From the NCBI RefSeq assembly GCF_006345805.1, contig NC_042998.1, positions 138,198,001 through 138,262,000 of the forward strand: DNA of 64,000 nt. The letters run 5' to 3'. Below, one piece after another: positions 1 to 12,636 of the stretch. The notes beneath the pieces are model-generated. The model was not told the origin of the DNA and did no database searches. It saw nothing but the letters and a program-made list of their open reading frames with translations. How positions within the stretch are numbered: position 1 is the stretch's first letter; each line of letters begins with the position of its first letter. The stretch comes from Octopus sinensis. Its lineage: Eukaryota. Made by a program: the position numbers and the translations under genes.

Positions 1-1
1 T

Positions 2-322
2 CAAAATCTTACGTGGAAGTGTCATCCAACCAATGTACAAATATATGGGAAATTACCACCTGTATCATCTCTTGTGAAAGGTAGAAGAGTCCAGTTTGCT
101 GGACATTGTTGTAGAGCTGAAAACGAGGTAATTTCTACTCTTCTCTTCTGGAAGCCATCTGCTCGCGATACCAGAGGGCGTACACTCTCCTACCCTGATG
201 TAATCTCCAAGGATACAGGCATCCAGCAACAGGACCTTCGTAGTGCTACGATGGACTGTGAAGTCTAGCGTAACATAGTAAGTTCCATTGTCTCGACCAC
301 GGTCGAACAATGATGATAATGA
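2..322 (+). mobile_element. 3' end of RTE-like non-LTR retrotransposon (ORF C-terminus plus short TGA tail), truncated by window start
   Basis: Frame from 2 reads [58 protein letters not shown], the typical RTE-clade C-terminal 'RR..FAGHC.R' region; followed by tgatgataatga. Confidence 0.7.
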
Positions 323-418
323 ACAACATCCCCACCTAGTTTCTAACCATTCACACGTTTCTCGCGTCTCTCTTCCTTCGCCATTTCTCTTCCTCATTTC
401 TATGCTTCTTTCATTCTT

Positions 419-451
419 CTGACGAAGAATTAACAACCGAAACGTCACGTA
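419..451 (+). ncRNA. Degenerate minimal hammerhead-like motif
   Basis: CTGACGA-N13-GAAACGTC just before a (TA)n tract; stem II does not pair well. Confidence 0.3.
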
Positions 452-460
452 ACAACACTT

Positions 461-583
<123 letters not shown>

Positions 584-613
584 CATACATACATACATAC
601 ATACATACATACA

Positions 614-645
<32 letters not shown>

Positions 646-903
646 AGTGGGATGACCAATAAGTGAACATCCATTATGCTAGCGGTAGACCCCATATGGT
701 CTGACCACTAAGAAAAAATTGTTCTCAAGAAAATTCAGCAAACGCCAGAACGTAAGCGAGCAAGACAAATGAGAAGATACAAAATATAAATACAAAATAT
801 ATGTATGTAATATAATTTTTCTGAATCTTCAGATTTTTCAATATGCTAGGCCACTGGTTTTAAATTAATATTAATCAAATTAATATTCAATTTTTCACCC
901 TTA

Positions 904-965
<62 letters not shown>

Positions 966-1285
966 TACTTAGTACAGAATGGATGTGAGCTTCGATCCCT
1001 CAATGGGAACATGTATATAATTATCTAATGAATACATACTTATCTCTTTACATATAATAAATATTATTACTCGAAGCATTATCTGCTCACCAAAAACTGA
1101 TTCCTTTTGTTTGACTGTGCCAAATTCCCGCAATAACATCTGTTAATTCTGTAGTCTTGCACTTAACTGTATTAAGACCTCGAATAGTAAATACAGAATC
1201 TTTCAATGCCAGGATGTGAAAAAATGTGCAATTATATCCATCGCATGGGCGCGCGCGGCCTCACTCCTACATTTATGAACATACA

Positions 1286-1351
<66 letters not shown>

Positions 1352-2394
1352 ATGCATATACCCACCTCAGAAACTTATAGCAAGAAATCTAGGTAAACAG
1401 AGAGAGTGTGTGTGTGCGTGTGTGTGTGTGCGTGTGTGTGTGTGAGAGAGAAGAGACAGTGAAATAGATAGACTGAGAGAAAGGAAGATAGAGAGAGCTC
1501 GTATTTTTTAATACAACCATGCCAACACACGCACATACACACAATCACACATACGTACACGTGTTCAAGTACATACACATGTAAGCATATGAGAGACAGG
1601 AGTAGAGAGAGAAGGCGAGAGAGAGAGAGAGAAGCTGACAGACAGGGACAGAGAATATGCATGTGTGTGAGTGAAAGAGAGAAGTGAAAGAGAGAATGAG
1701 TGTGAGAGAGAGATGATGTGTATGAGTAGAGGGGGAGAGGTCGAGAGAGATACAGAAGAGACCGAGAGACTTCATATTTTTTCAATATTTCCACAGCCAT
1801 TTTCTTTTACACACGAACACATATGCCCAGACAAATACACACACACACACATACACGCACATACACATACAAATAGACGTACACGCACCCACCCACACCG
1901 CCGCACAAATGTATATAATAACTAATTTAGCGAACGCTACCAGTGGAACGGAACTGTCGTTTGTGTAGTTAGTGATTTAACATCGACCTCCAACTTCCTC
2001 TCCCGGTTATCGTTTCTCTTTATGCTACACCCTTCCATTCTATCCTGCTCTTCCAACTAACTTCATCTGAGCGATAGCAACTGTGTCACGTGATCAGCTT
2101 CGCATTGATGCACATCTTTCTCTTCTTTTCCTTCTCTTTTTTCTTTTTTTTTCTTTTTTTTTCTGTCTTCTAAACGTCCTTTGTAACATACGCTAAATGA
2201 ATTTTAAGCTACAAACAAATCCTACACTTCCCTTTGCAAAAACACGGAAATTTGCACAAAAAAATGCATACAGTCACGAAAAACTATTAATACATTCACG
2301 CATGCACGGACACATGCGCCCGCACGCGCCCACACGCACGCACACACACACACACACACACACACAGAGATCTTCAAAAATCTCTGATACCAGC

Positions 2395-3009
2395 AGCGCT
2401 ACCACCACCATCACCACCACCACCACCACTGCGGCCGCCGCTGCTGCCACGATGAAAACCACTTCCAAAGCCACCACCACCACCACCAACCCAACCGTCT
2501 CTATTATGGCCATCGCTGCCGTCGCTGCTCCACCATCCACCATTACAGGGTTACTGATCCAGTGATGCATATCACTTTGTAATATGAGAGAAGTTCCGTC
2601 GCCTTCAGTCGCATTTATGCTAATGATTGGTGCGAGGTCATTGAGCGGCGTTTTAAACATAGCAATAGAAAGATTACTAGTTAGGCTGAAGATTGTGATC
2701 GTCATCGCTGTCGCCTATGCAGCTGCCGCTACAGCTATACCTATCATCATCATCATCATCGTCGTCGTCGTCATTATCGTCATCATCATTAGCATCGTCA
2801 TTATCATTATCATCATCATTATCAGAATCGTCGCTGGCAGCAGCAACACCAGCGACAACGTCATTCACTTCCTTTTCTTTCCTTACTTGACAGTAATATC
2901 AATGATAAGAATAGCAGAAATAACATGACAACGGCAACAGTATCGACAGCAGTAGCCACAGCACCAACAACAACGGCAGCAACAACAGCACCATCAACAA
3001 CAACAACAA

Positions 3010-3050
<41 letters not shown>

Positions 3051-3120
3051 GCAACAACAACAGCAGCAGCAGCCGCAGCAGCCGCAGCAGCCGCAGCAGC
3101 CGCAGCAGCCGCAGCAGCAC
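2395..3120. repeat. Low-complexity trinucleotide block: (ACC)n, (ATC)n, (AAC)n, (GCCGCAGCA)n
   Basis: Directly visible tandem triplets and a 9-mer array at about 3061-3118. Confidence 0.85.
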
Positions 3121-3486
3121 CGATACCAAGAGCAAAGAGCCAAAGCAGGTGTTGGAAATGGTCCATTCTCCACGTAGTGCCACCAATCACCAGGGCTAAA
3201 TTGATACGAAAAGAACAAATCATGTCGTTAATATGGAAATATTGGTATACTGGAATAAATTACTGTCTTTGAACATTAGCAAACCTTTGGCTGAAGACAC
3301 GAATGCAGAATTCTTACATTGGTACCAGGTTACAAACGTATAATGCATTGAACCAGCCTTATATTATGTTCGGTCTTTATTGGAGAATGTTGTGGAGTAT
3401 TTTTTTTTACTTTACACTAATAATTTCTTCCATCTCCGATAGCTGCTGACAGTCCATAAGGTTCACAACTGAGTACTTCTCCAACG

Positions 3487-3700
3487 CTTCTTCTTCTTCT
3501 TCTTCTTCTTCTTCTTCTTCTTCTTCTTCTTCTTCTTCTTCTTCTTCTTCTCTTCTTCTTCTTCTTCTTCTCTTCTTACTCTTCTCTTCTTTCTTTTCTC
3601 TTCTTCCTCTTCTTCTTCTCTTCTTCTTCTTCTTCTTCTTCTTCTTCTTCTTCTTCTCTTTTCTTCTTCTTTCTTCTTCTTCTTCTTCTTCTTCTTCTTC
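3487..3700. repeat. (TTC)n microsatellite
   Basis: Direct observation. Confidence 0.95.
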
Positions 3701-4172
3701 CAATCAGGACTCACGCCGTTAGCCATAAAGAATACTCTCTAATTCGAGCCTACTCTAAGCTACTAAGAATGCGTGTGACAACTTGAAGGTCCACCCACCA
3801 CACGCGATAGACTGGCGGTTGCACGGGCACGAAAGCTACGTTGTTATCCTCATTCCGTAAACGGCGGCTTTTAATGGGTGGAGAGCTGAACCATCCTGGG
3901 GTACAGAGGATTCGCAATTTAGACTATAGTCTGAAAGTTTACCACACCATAGTGGGTTACACCATGGTTCCTCTGCTTTGTGGAAGAAGTAGGAAGAAAG
4001 AGTGAGAGAAAGTTGTGGTGAAAGAGTACAGCGGAGTTCAACACCCACCCACCCCCGCCGGAGCCACGTGGAGTTGCTCAATAAACACTCACAATGCCCG
4101 GTCTGGGAATCGAAACCGCGTTCTTACGACCGCGAGTACGCTGCACTAACCACTGGGCCATTGCGCCTCCAG
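3700..4172 (-). mobile_element. tRNA-derived SINE (family C head)
   Basis: Minus strand starts TGGAGGCGCAATGGCCCAGTGGTTAG (A box)...GGTTTCGATTCC (B box); head is shared with the SINE at 33290-34011; runs into a (GAA)n tail. Confidence 0.7.
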
Positions 4173-4377
4173 ATGCTGCTGCTGCGTGTACTACTGGAAC
4201 TGTAACCATGATGAGCGGCACCATCTGAACGTAGTAGTAGTACTCTATTGTTAGTCTCACCTGAGCTGTTGGAGATGGAGGAATTCTAACTATAAAACAA
4301 AACAAGTATTTTTTAACATTTTCCAATAAAGACCGAACATAGTTTAAGATTGGTTCAACGCATTACAAACATGTAAT

Positions 4378-4455
4378 GCGTTGAGCACTGGGGACGATGT
4401 AATCGACTTGCACTCTCACTGAAATTGCTGGCCTTGTGCCAAAATTAGAAAGCAG
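4378..4455 (+). mobile_element. SINE family B 3' fragment
   Basis: gagcactggggacgatgtaatcgact matches 54063-54089 and the reverse of 55390-55415. Confidence 0.5.
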
Positions 4456-4551
4456 TATGTCTGTGTTTGAGTGTGTGTGTACGTATGTATGTTTGTGTCT
4501 AATATATGCGTGTACATAGATACGTACAAGCATAAATACACCTGTGAATAA

Positions 4552-4585
4552 ACTAGGCTATATCCATACGACGCAGAACAAATGA
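4552..4585 (-). mobile_element. Possible Helitron 3' end
   Basis: Minus strand has a decayed subterminal hairpin followed by CTAG|T. Confidence 0.3.
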
Positions 4586-4879
4586 TACTGTAAAAAAAAA
4601 TCGCGATACATTCACAGAGTTTGCTTCTTCAAAGAGAGATCATATCATTTATGATTTTTTAGTCCCAAAACTACAAAACCAGCTTAAACTTTTTGACTTT
4701 TATCTAACTTATAAACTTACTTGACTAATGCTATGCTTAAAATAAACATCTGTCATTTGTCTTTCATTTCAAACCACCACCGACTTAAATGTTTTGTATT
4801 CCTGTTTCATCTACGTGTTCTAAAAGCAGTGCTAGGCAACTTACGCGCGCGCGAGCGCTCGCACACAAACACATACACA

Positions 4880-5045
4880 CATGTATGCGTATATACATAC
4901 ACAATACTCGAAGCGGCAAGTCGCGTATTTGGCGTGGGAGATTATTTATCAAAAATACGATGAATACTATCTCTAACTTTGGAGCCACAACTATCGGCCT
5001 TGTTGAATAAATGGTTAATCTCCAGATGAATTAACTGAGGGAGCC
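4880..5045 (+). repeat. ~160-bp unit, inverted copy at 5432-5585
   Basis: atgtatgcgt..acaatactcgaagcggcaagtcgcgtatttggcgt..aatctccagatgaattaactgagggagcc; its reverse complement is at 5432-5585. Confidence 0.85.
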
Positions 5046-5091
5046 ATTTATTCACGATCGTAGTGATTTTTGACTGAAACTTGAATTTAGC

Positions 5092-5580
5092 ATGCAGAGA
5101 ATAACTACAAACAACATGGCTGGACACAACATCAAAAACAACACAACCGAGGAACAGAATGAAAACAACAGTTCAACAAGTAAACAAATTCTTTCTAGCT
5201 GTAGTTACAGAAGAAACCGTAACTACAAAACTCATTTCTCTTGGAGTTATGAATTGAATAATGATCTATTTAACTGCTACGAAAAAGCGAAACAAAACTC
5301 TGCTGTTGGCTATATGAATCGACTGAAATCATATTGGGACGATCTGCATCCAGAATTAAATCATTTTATTGCGAAGCAACTACGCCAACAAGCAACATTT
5401 GTAGAACATAGAAAGAAGGTTAGTAATAAAAGGCTCCCACAGTTAATTCATCTGGAGATTACCATTTATTAACCATTTTTTCAACAAGGCTGATAGTTGG
5501 AGATAATATTATTTCGATAAATAATCTCCTACGCCAAATACGCGACTTGCCGCTTCGAGTATTGTGTATATAAATACGCA

Positions 5581-5645
<65 letters not shown>

Positions 5646-7590
5646 GTGTGTATAAAAAATCGAAAATTAACCTTCTTCCCAACTCTATTAACGGAAGCGT
5701 GAATGATATAAGGCCACCACGTAGTTTCGCAGCTAGCGACATTCCAACAGATTCCATAGAGCCTGCCAGCCAAACTACATTACTGGCTCAAGTAACTGAC
5801 CACTGTCCCCCTACTACGACAATGGTAAATAGCAGGCACAACAGCAACGATTATTGCAGTAGTAGTTAGTAGTAGTAGCAGTCAGGATTATATGCCGGTA
5901 AAATGTGCCCTTACTGAAATTTTTCGAGAAAAATAAATCTGGCTTTGAAGTATTCTCTCGAGGATAGAGTATTCTCTACTAAAGTAAGTAAAACACCACC
6001 AGATACGGTATTAAAAGCTGTTAACGAAATTCATGAGGAGTACTTACAACAGTGTGATAAACCCACATACTGGCAGATTAACGCCTGTCTATATGCTGTG
6101 GCTACTATTGTAAAACAGTACATGAATGATGTTAAAAAAGTAAACAAACCCGAAATAACAAAGAAAGTACCATCATGGGTTTTGAAGATAGAAAAAAAAA
6201 ACTGGTTTACGGAAGACAATCAGTCATGTGACGATGCTTATTGCATGTAAACAAACAAATCACAATACGTCCCACCAACAGACAGTAAAGAAGGACATAG
6301 AAATGATGTTTGGAGACAACTAAAAAGAGGGCACTCACTTGCAAATTGATTACCTTAAAGCAGGAGCTAAAAGCTGTCAGTGAAAAACTCCGACATCACA
6401 AGAGAATAACCGAGAGAAGAACAATAAACAAAAAATTTAACCGCAACCAGGCAGCAGTATACAGCTAGCCTGACTTCATCATGGGCCACCATCTTGAAAT
6501 TAAACACAAAGAGTCACTATTATCACCGATAGAATACAGTATTGCAAAGGCATATTCCAAGGAGACAGCCTCTCTGTAATGTTGTTTATACTTTCTGTAA
6601 ACCCCTTGTCATTTATGTTAAGGAAGTCTAAACGATATCTCACTGGTTCATAAAATTACGCACTGTTTCTTTGTGGATGACTTAAATCTTTATGCAAAGA
6701 ATATGCATGAGATGAAAAAGATCCTTGACCTAGTTACAGCATTCTCGAAAGATGTAGGGTTGGAGTTAGGTTAGGATAGATATTGTTATATGGTGGTGGA
6801 AAGAGGTAAAACTATAAACCAGACTAGTAACATCTCCAACAATGATTTGACTGTTCCCCCTGTATCAAACGAGGAATGTTACAGGAATCTAGGGGTGGAT
6901 GAATATATATCTTACAATGGCACCTGCAACAAAACACGTGTCTCTAAAGAATATTACAGCCGAATAAAGAGAATTTGGATCAAAGAACTCTCTGCGTTCA
7001 ATAAAACAGTGGCCCACAATGTTTTTGCAATGCCGGTACTCATACCTGCATTTAGGCTGCTTGATTGGACGCTTGGTGAGATCCGAGCCATCCATGTGAA
7101 AACCTGAAAAATATCAACAAGCACACATGATTTCCACATAAACAGTGATGTAGACCGCCACTACCTAAAATGAAAACGAGGCGGTAGAAGCTTAACATCA
7201 ATCCAAAATGCCTTTGAATGTCGCATCATATCCCTTCGGCAGCATCTTTTAACCATAAAGTGTCGAAGCGTATCCCTTGACCAGGTTTGCATACATGTGG
7301 CTGATAACATCATAAGACTTAAAAGGCAGCTCCTTGAGCAACACACTTTGTCTGATAACCTAGAATACATGCCCAAAGAAGTCGCGCGACTCTATTGCAA
7401 TGTATCATCAGATGAAAGGATGAGCCTATAAGAGCAGAAGACTATGCATTGATATGTTTGTAGAAAGCTTCGTGATGATAGTAACATCGTTCATCAAAGT
7501 AGTTTATTGTGGACCAATAGTAGGATTACTACTCCTGCTTTGAAGGGTATGCGTTTGCAATCCAGGAACAGGAAATATCAACTAAGTAAG
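5092..7590 (+). mobile_element. Degraded R4/Dong-clade non-LTR retrotransposon (internal deletion, stops, frameshifts)
   Basis: N-terminal W..ELN.DL..CY...GYM.RL..W motif; RT motifs GIFQGDSLS..LF...VNPLS (6543) and HCFFVDDL.LYA (6661); KEYYSRIKRIW..ELSAFNK; GGRSL; EGYAFAIQEQEI (7542). Confidence 0.8.
5432..5650 (-). repeat. Inverted copy of the 4880-5045 unit plus (TG)n, interrupting the R4/Dong ORF
   Basis: Reverse-complement match; ataaaa on both sides is a possible TSD. Confidence 0.8.
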
Positions 7591-8635
7591 ATGCAGGAAA
7601 TTTTGTAATTTTGTGAATTGAAGAAAGACCAACATTTTTATCTTTAATTTCAAATTTGTAGCTGCTTCTCTACCCATGGGTTTTTCTCAAATAATCTTTT
7701 GTTTCCTTATTTTTCTAGCTGTCCACTTCGAAGTAGAAATCCCCCTTTGTATCCCTTATTTATCGAAATAACAAGAGAAAAACATCAAACTTTCATAAAA
7801 TTAAAAAAGAGAGAGCCCATATACTTCACAGGTTCATTTCTTCATTTGATTTTATGATTGGGGATTGATTTAAAGCAAACAAGATCAGGCATTAGAATTT
7901 ATTTGTTTCGTTCATGCTGGACACTTAATATAAAATGTTATTTATTCTCGCTTGTAACATTTACTACGAAATTTATTTCTTTGATATTTGTGAATTATAA
8001 CAGTTTTAAAGATCATTGAGAAACTTTAACTTCCAGATATAAAGTTTTTCTTTTTAACTTTACTACTAAGCGCAGCAGAAATAAATAAGTCATCAGTTTT
8101 CTAAATCTTACGAAAGATATCTGTGTATTTATTAGATGTCCCTGTGTGTTTGTGTTTAAGAGATCTGTATGTAATTATAAAATAAAACAGAAGAATTCAA
8201 GGACGCTATTCATGGTCTGCATCGGTAAATAAGTACGAAATGCTCACAAAACGGAATGAGTTACTCTGTTTTGATAAAGTTGAAAAATCTGACGTTTCGA
8301 ACCATGTTTAACTTTTATAACCTTTTCTACATTCTGCAGATAGAATCGAGTTCATATTTTTATTTTGTGGGTCTGCCTATTGAAACTAGCCATTTAAATA
8401 CATGAAATTTTATTTTTAGTCAACTCAATGAATGATGCATATTAGAAAGTAAGTTCTTTTACTCATTGAAGGATGCCTACCAGTAATCAAGGAACAAAAT
8501 TTAATCGGTATCTTTCGTATCTATTGAAACGAACCTTTAAGATATAAAAAAATATAAAAACGAGGTATTAAAAGATTACAAATAAGGTATAATAAAGAAT
8601 GAAAATGATAAATAACAATGCAAACAGTCGATAAA

Positions 8636-9440
8636 TCAGTGTGAAACTTGATACTGTTTGTTGCTTGAAAGATCCCCGATATCGCGTACCCGACTTGTTG
8701 ATACCAGTCAATAAACAAAACAATATCCAGACGGACATAATAGTTTTCTTTTTAAATACTTCTTAGTGTACTTCACTTATGGAAAATAATTAATGCGCAC
8801 ACCGATAAGTGCTGCCAAACAATGATGTCATCTTTTTTTTGTATGGATAACTAATTTAGGATAATTCCCATTTGGGTGACTATATTTTATATACAAGTCA
8901 GGCACTGACACATCTTCAATCAATTCCTTTTCATAATTTTTTCATGCAGTATCCACTTTCACATCAAATGAAGAAGCAAACAGATTGAACTCATTAGCAT
9001 GCAAACGAAAATCAGTAAAACGATATCTTTTCTTAATTATTGGACCATATTCATAAAAATGCGTGGATCCTAGTTTTATTTTATTTTGAAAACCGGGAAA
9101 AAGATTTGCAATTTCATTTTTGAAGCTGCTATTCTTTCAGTTGCAATTTCCTTTCGAATACCATGTTATGATATTTATCTTATGTATCAAGTGATTTTTG
9201 TTTTGATTGAAGTTATTAATACAAGTTAAAATGGTATTGCCAAGGTTGAAAGTGAATAAGAATCACAAAAATGTAAAACATCCACGTTTTTGCTTTCAAG
9301 GAAAATGGCCGCCTCTTTATGCAATGCAAACGCACTTTCCAGCACTGACTCACAATTAACCCAGTCTTCATTGCAGAAATAAACCAAGCTCCTATATTCT
9401 GATTTTTTTATACAACCTAAGCTGCTGAAACTGGACATTT
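8636..9440 (-). pseudogene. hAT (Buster/Charlie-like) transposase C-terminal relic
   Basis: EYRSLVYFCNEDWV..SVLESAFALHKEAAIFLESK..F.D..LSTLA resembles the hAT 'LL...VRWLS.G.VL.R...L..EI..FL' region; terminal KQYQVSH* at about 8636-8660. Confidence 0.65.
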
Positions 9441-9544
9441 TAATCCATGGGTAGCATCAGATTCCCTACCTTCACAATAATACAGATAACATTGTATAAT
9501 TTCAAAGTCGTGGCACGTAATGTGTTGTAATGGATAATTTTTTA

Positions 9545-10021
9545 TCTTTCGTCTTGGTTTCAGTCATTAGACTGCGGCCATAGTGGGGAATTTTAGTCGC
9601 ACTAATTGACCCCAGTACTTATCCTCTTTTTCAGCTTGGTACTTATTCTATAGTACTCTTTTGCCAAACTGCTAAGTTATGGTGGTGGTGGTGGAGAACA
9701 CACACACACACACATATGTATGTGTATATATATATATATATCTATATATATATAATTATAGATATATATATAATATATAAAATATTATTAGAGACAAAAC
9801 CACTATTTTGCAAAACAAACAAGGAAAGACTTAATCAATACATAAAATTTTAATAAATATATACGAGGGGCTTCTTTCAGTTTCCGTCCCCCACATCCAC
9901 TCGCAAGACATTTGTCGGCCTAAGGCTATAGAAGAAGACACTTGTCCAAAGTACCATGCAGTGGGACTGAACCCAGAACCATGCGGTTGAGAAGCAAACC
10001 TCTTACCACACAGCCACGCCT
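9545..10021 (-). mobile_element. tRNA-derived CORE-type SINE (family A) with internal microsatellite
   Basis: Matches the better copies at 62505-62982 and 63391-63789. Confidence 0.85.
9775..9860 (-). mobile_element. Truncated copy of the 61229-61630 palindrome family, inserted in the SINE's (TA)n
   Basis: aatattattagagacaaaaccactattttgcaaaacaaacaaggaaagact..catataaaattttaataaat is nearly identical to 61234-61310. Confidence 0.85.
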
Positions 10022-11039
10022 GGTAATGGTTTTTAGCCATTTACTATTGCTATTTCCAAACTTTCCTATTGACTTTATAGCAATGTGATGATAGTTTTTC
10101 CTGTTTCACAGTTACTGATATTTACTAATCTGTAGATTATCTCATGCATTTTAGCCACTAAATCTGAAGAAGCATCACTACGCAGAGAATATAAAAAGGG
10201 ATGATTAGTACTAAATATCCTATGCAAATTACTTGCCTGTCAACTGTATTTAAGCATGAAAGAGTTGACAAATTACATATTTATCAGAATGAATTATATT
10301 TTCTTCTCCGAGCAGATATCTTGCGTGGATTTCTTGTTAAAAAAAAGGTAATACTTTTATATTTACAAATTTAAACGATTCCAAATGTAAAAGTTCACAT
10401 ACATTGAGAATATCTAATATATGTTAACAAAGTAGACCTATATTCCCAGGATTCGCATATAACAGTATTCGGTTTGGAACAAAACAGAATCTCTTGCAAG
10501 TATCAAGACATCATTCATAATTCATCGGTGTGGTCATGTGAGTCAATTAGAAAAAGGAAAACTCGGTTGCAGCTGGTTAAATTTCCTATTATGTGCTCTT
10601 AGGTCAGACGAAATCCTTTCGTATGTCATAGGTTGCATAAACTAGTTCTGTTCTCTACATAAATCCCAATTCATCGTTCTTTAGGAATCTTGTCTAAATT
10701 CTTATTCGCTATAATTGTTCTACTAATATCCATTTTTCGATATTGCTTTAACATGATTTTTCTACGGCATTGTTTTACAAGAATAAACGGGTCAATATAA
10801 TTTTGGCCGCCAATGATATTAACTCCCGGCTAGAAAATCAAATTGGCATACAGGATTGTTTCTGTTGTTGTACACCAAATTCTCTTGAGAGTCTGTGATA
10901 AACTGTGGGAAAGAAAAGAACATTATTGATAGCTAATCAAAACAAACAGCAATAACAACAATAACAGCAACAACAACAACGACGATGACGGTGACGATGA
11001 CGACGACGATGACGACGACGATGGCGGCGACGATGATGA

Positions 11040-11235
11040 TGATTCTTTCAAAATTTGGCACAAAGTCAGTATTTTATAGAAGGAGGGAATTAGTCGATTG
11101 CATAAACCCCAGTATTTGGCTAATACTTTATTTTATCAACTCCGAAAAGATGGAGAGCAAAGCTGACCTCAGCGGAATATGAGGTTATAAACATAGATAC
11201 CCGGAACAAGTACCGCAAGGCAATTTTTCTCACTG
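11040..11235 (-). mobile_element. SINE family B (Nin-domain-like), diverged
   Basis: agtcgattgcataaaccccagt..tacttattttatcaactccgaaaagatggagagcaaagctgacctcagcggaat matches 55390-55480. Confidence 0.7.
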
Positions 11236-11389
11236 TCACTCTGTCGCACAAAGTCACTGTAATTTGTTCTGTTTTAAGGGGTGGCTATTACCGATTCATT
11301 AATATCCAGTTCTTGGGAACCAATAGATCAGTCCGAACTGATCCATTGATACTGAATTGATGAGCCATCCATTGATATCGTTCACAGCC

Positions 11390-11620
11390 GATACATGGAG
11401 TGGGTTTGCTGGCCACTGCTGTCAAGCCGAAAAACAGCCATATTGAATACTGTAATTTGGAGATTTCTGCACCCTCATAAAAAATGAAGTCTATTCAATT
11501 ACTTGGTAGAAACACAATATGAAAATTTGGAACTACCAAAGCTAATAGGGGGTAGCGATTCCTGGAAGTGCATGGAGAAATGCATCTTGCACTCGTTTGA
11601 AGAACAATAGTAACGTATTT
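11390..11620 (+). mobile_element. Degraded RTE-like 3' fragment
   Basis: tttgctggccactgctgtcaagccgaa encodes FAGHCCQAE, homologous to positions 95-121. Confidence 0.5.
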
Positions 11621-11762
11621 ATGTAGAGAACAACTAAGCACGTATGACATTTACTCTGACACTAACGCTCCTTCTAATTCATCTTTTAGAAAGGTGAAAA
11701 TTCAGTTTTTATCTGGTAAACAGATATGTTCAATAGAGTCGACCACTTTATAACTACCAAAC

Positions 11763-11842
<80 letters not shown>

Positions 11843-11845
11843 GCT
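11763..11845. repeat. (CTA)n microsatellite
   Basis: Direct observation. Confidence 0.95.
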
Positions 11846-11929
11846 ACGAACAACATCACCACACAATGTTAAGAAGGGAAGCTAAGTATAATAATTGGTG
11901 CTCATTTTAATGGTTTCTGCTCGTTCAAC

Positions 11930-12105
11930 TCTTATTAATTTCTAAAGGCAACGATTAGGGAGGAGACATTTAGTGGGCATAATCGTCTCAGTCTACGCCT
12001 GGTACTTACTTTATGGACCACAATTGGATGAAATTCAAATACGTCGCCATCGAAATTGGAACCCAGGACGTAAAGGAACTTAACTAGATAATCTCCAGGC
12101 ATTTG
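11930..12105 (-). mobile_element. SINE family B, highly diverged
   Basis: ctggtacttactttatggacc..ggatgaaattcaaa..gaaattggaacccaggacgta. Confidence 0.45.
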
Positions 12106-12549
12106 TAAAAATTTCTATTATTTCATACTCACACCACTTATGCATGTTAAATTGATACAATAAACAATTCATGACCAATATGTCCTATCTTTAGAGTTAA
12201 CTATATGTGTCGTCAAAAATACAGTTGTGTAGGATATAAAACAAATGTGTTGGAAGTCTCGTTTTATTATTTATAACGATTAAAATATAAATTCACATCA
12301 ATTGTATACATTAGAAAGATAACAGATAATGCACCAGAATCAACAATACTATATAAAGCGAACTATATCAATGATATTTATATATCAATGCAAAAATATG
12401 TGTGTGTGTCTGTGTGTGTACACATATGCACACGTATGTATTATTGGGTATATGTGTATACATAATATATGATACATATATAAATGTATGTATATGTGTA
12501 CGCATGTGTATGTGTGTGTTTGTGAGAGAGAGAGGAAAGAGATTTTGAA

Positions 12550-12604
<55 letters not shown>

Positions 12605-12636
12605 TATTATATATATATATATAATATATATATATA

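Larger units (their letters stand above)
3330..4376. repeat. Diverged ~65-bp inverted repeat pair (3330-3400 / 4306-4376)
   Basis: taatgcattgaaccagcctt..tatgttcggtctttattggagaatgtt versus aacattttccaataaagaccgaacatag..ttggttcaacgcatta. Confidence 0.65.

Noticed and set aside
2197-3272. Poly-Thr/Ala/Cys/Ile ORFs resembling mucin, antifreeze or metallothionein proteins
   Set aside because: Open in several frames on both strands because of triplet repeats; no splice or domain support
7615-7900. Possible second LINE remnant on the minus strand (EPVKYMG-like)
   Set aside because: A single weak motif only
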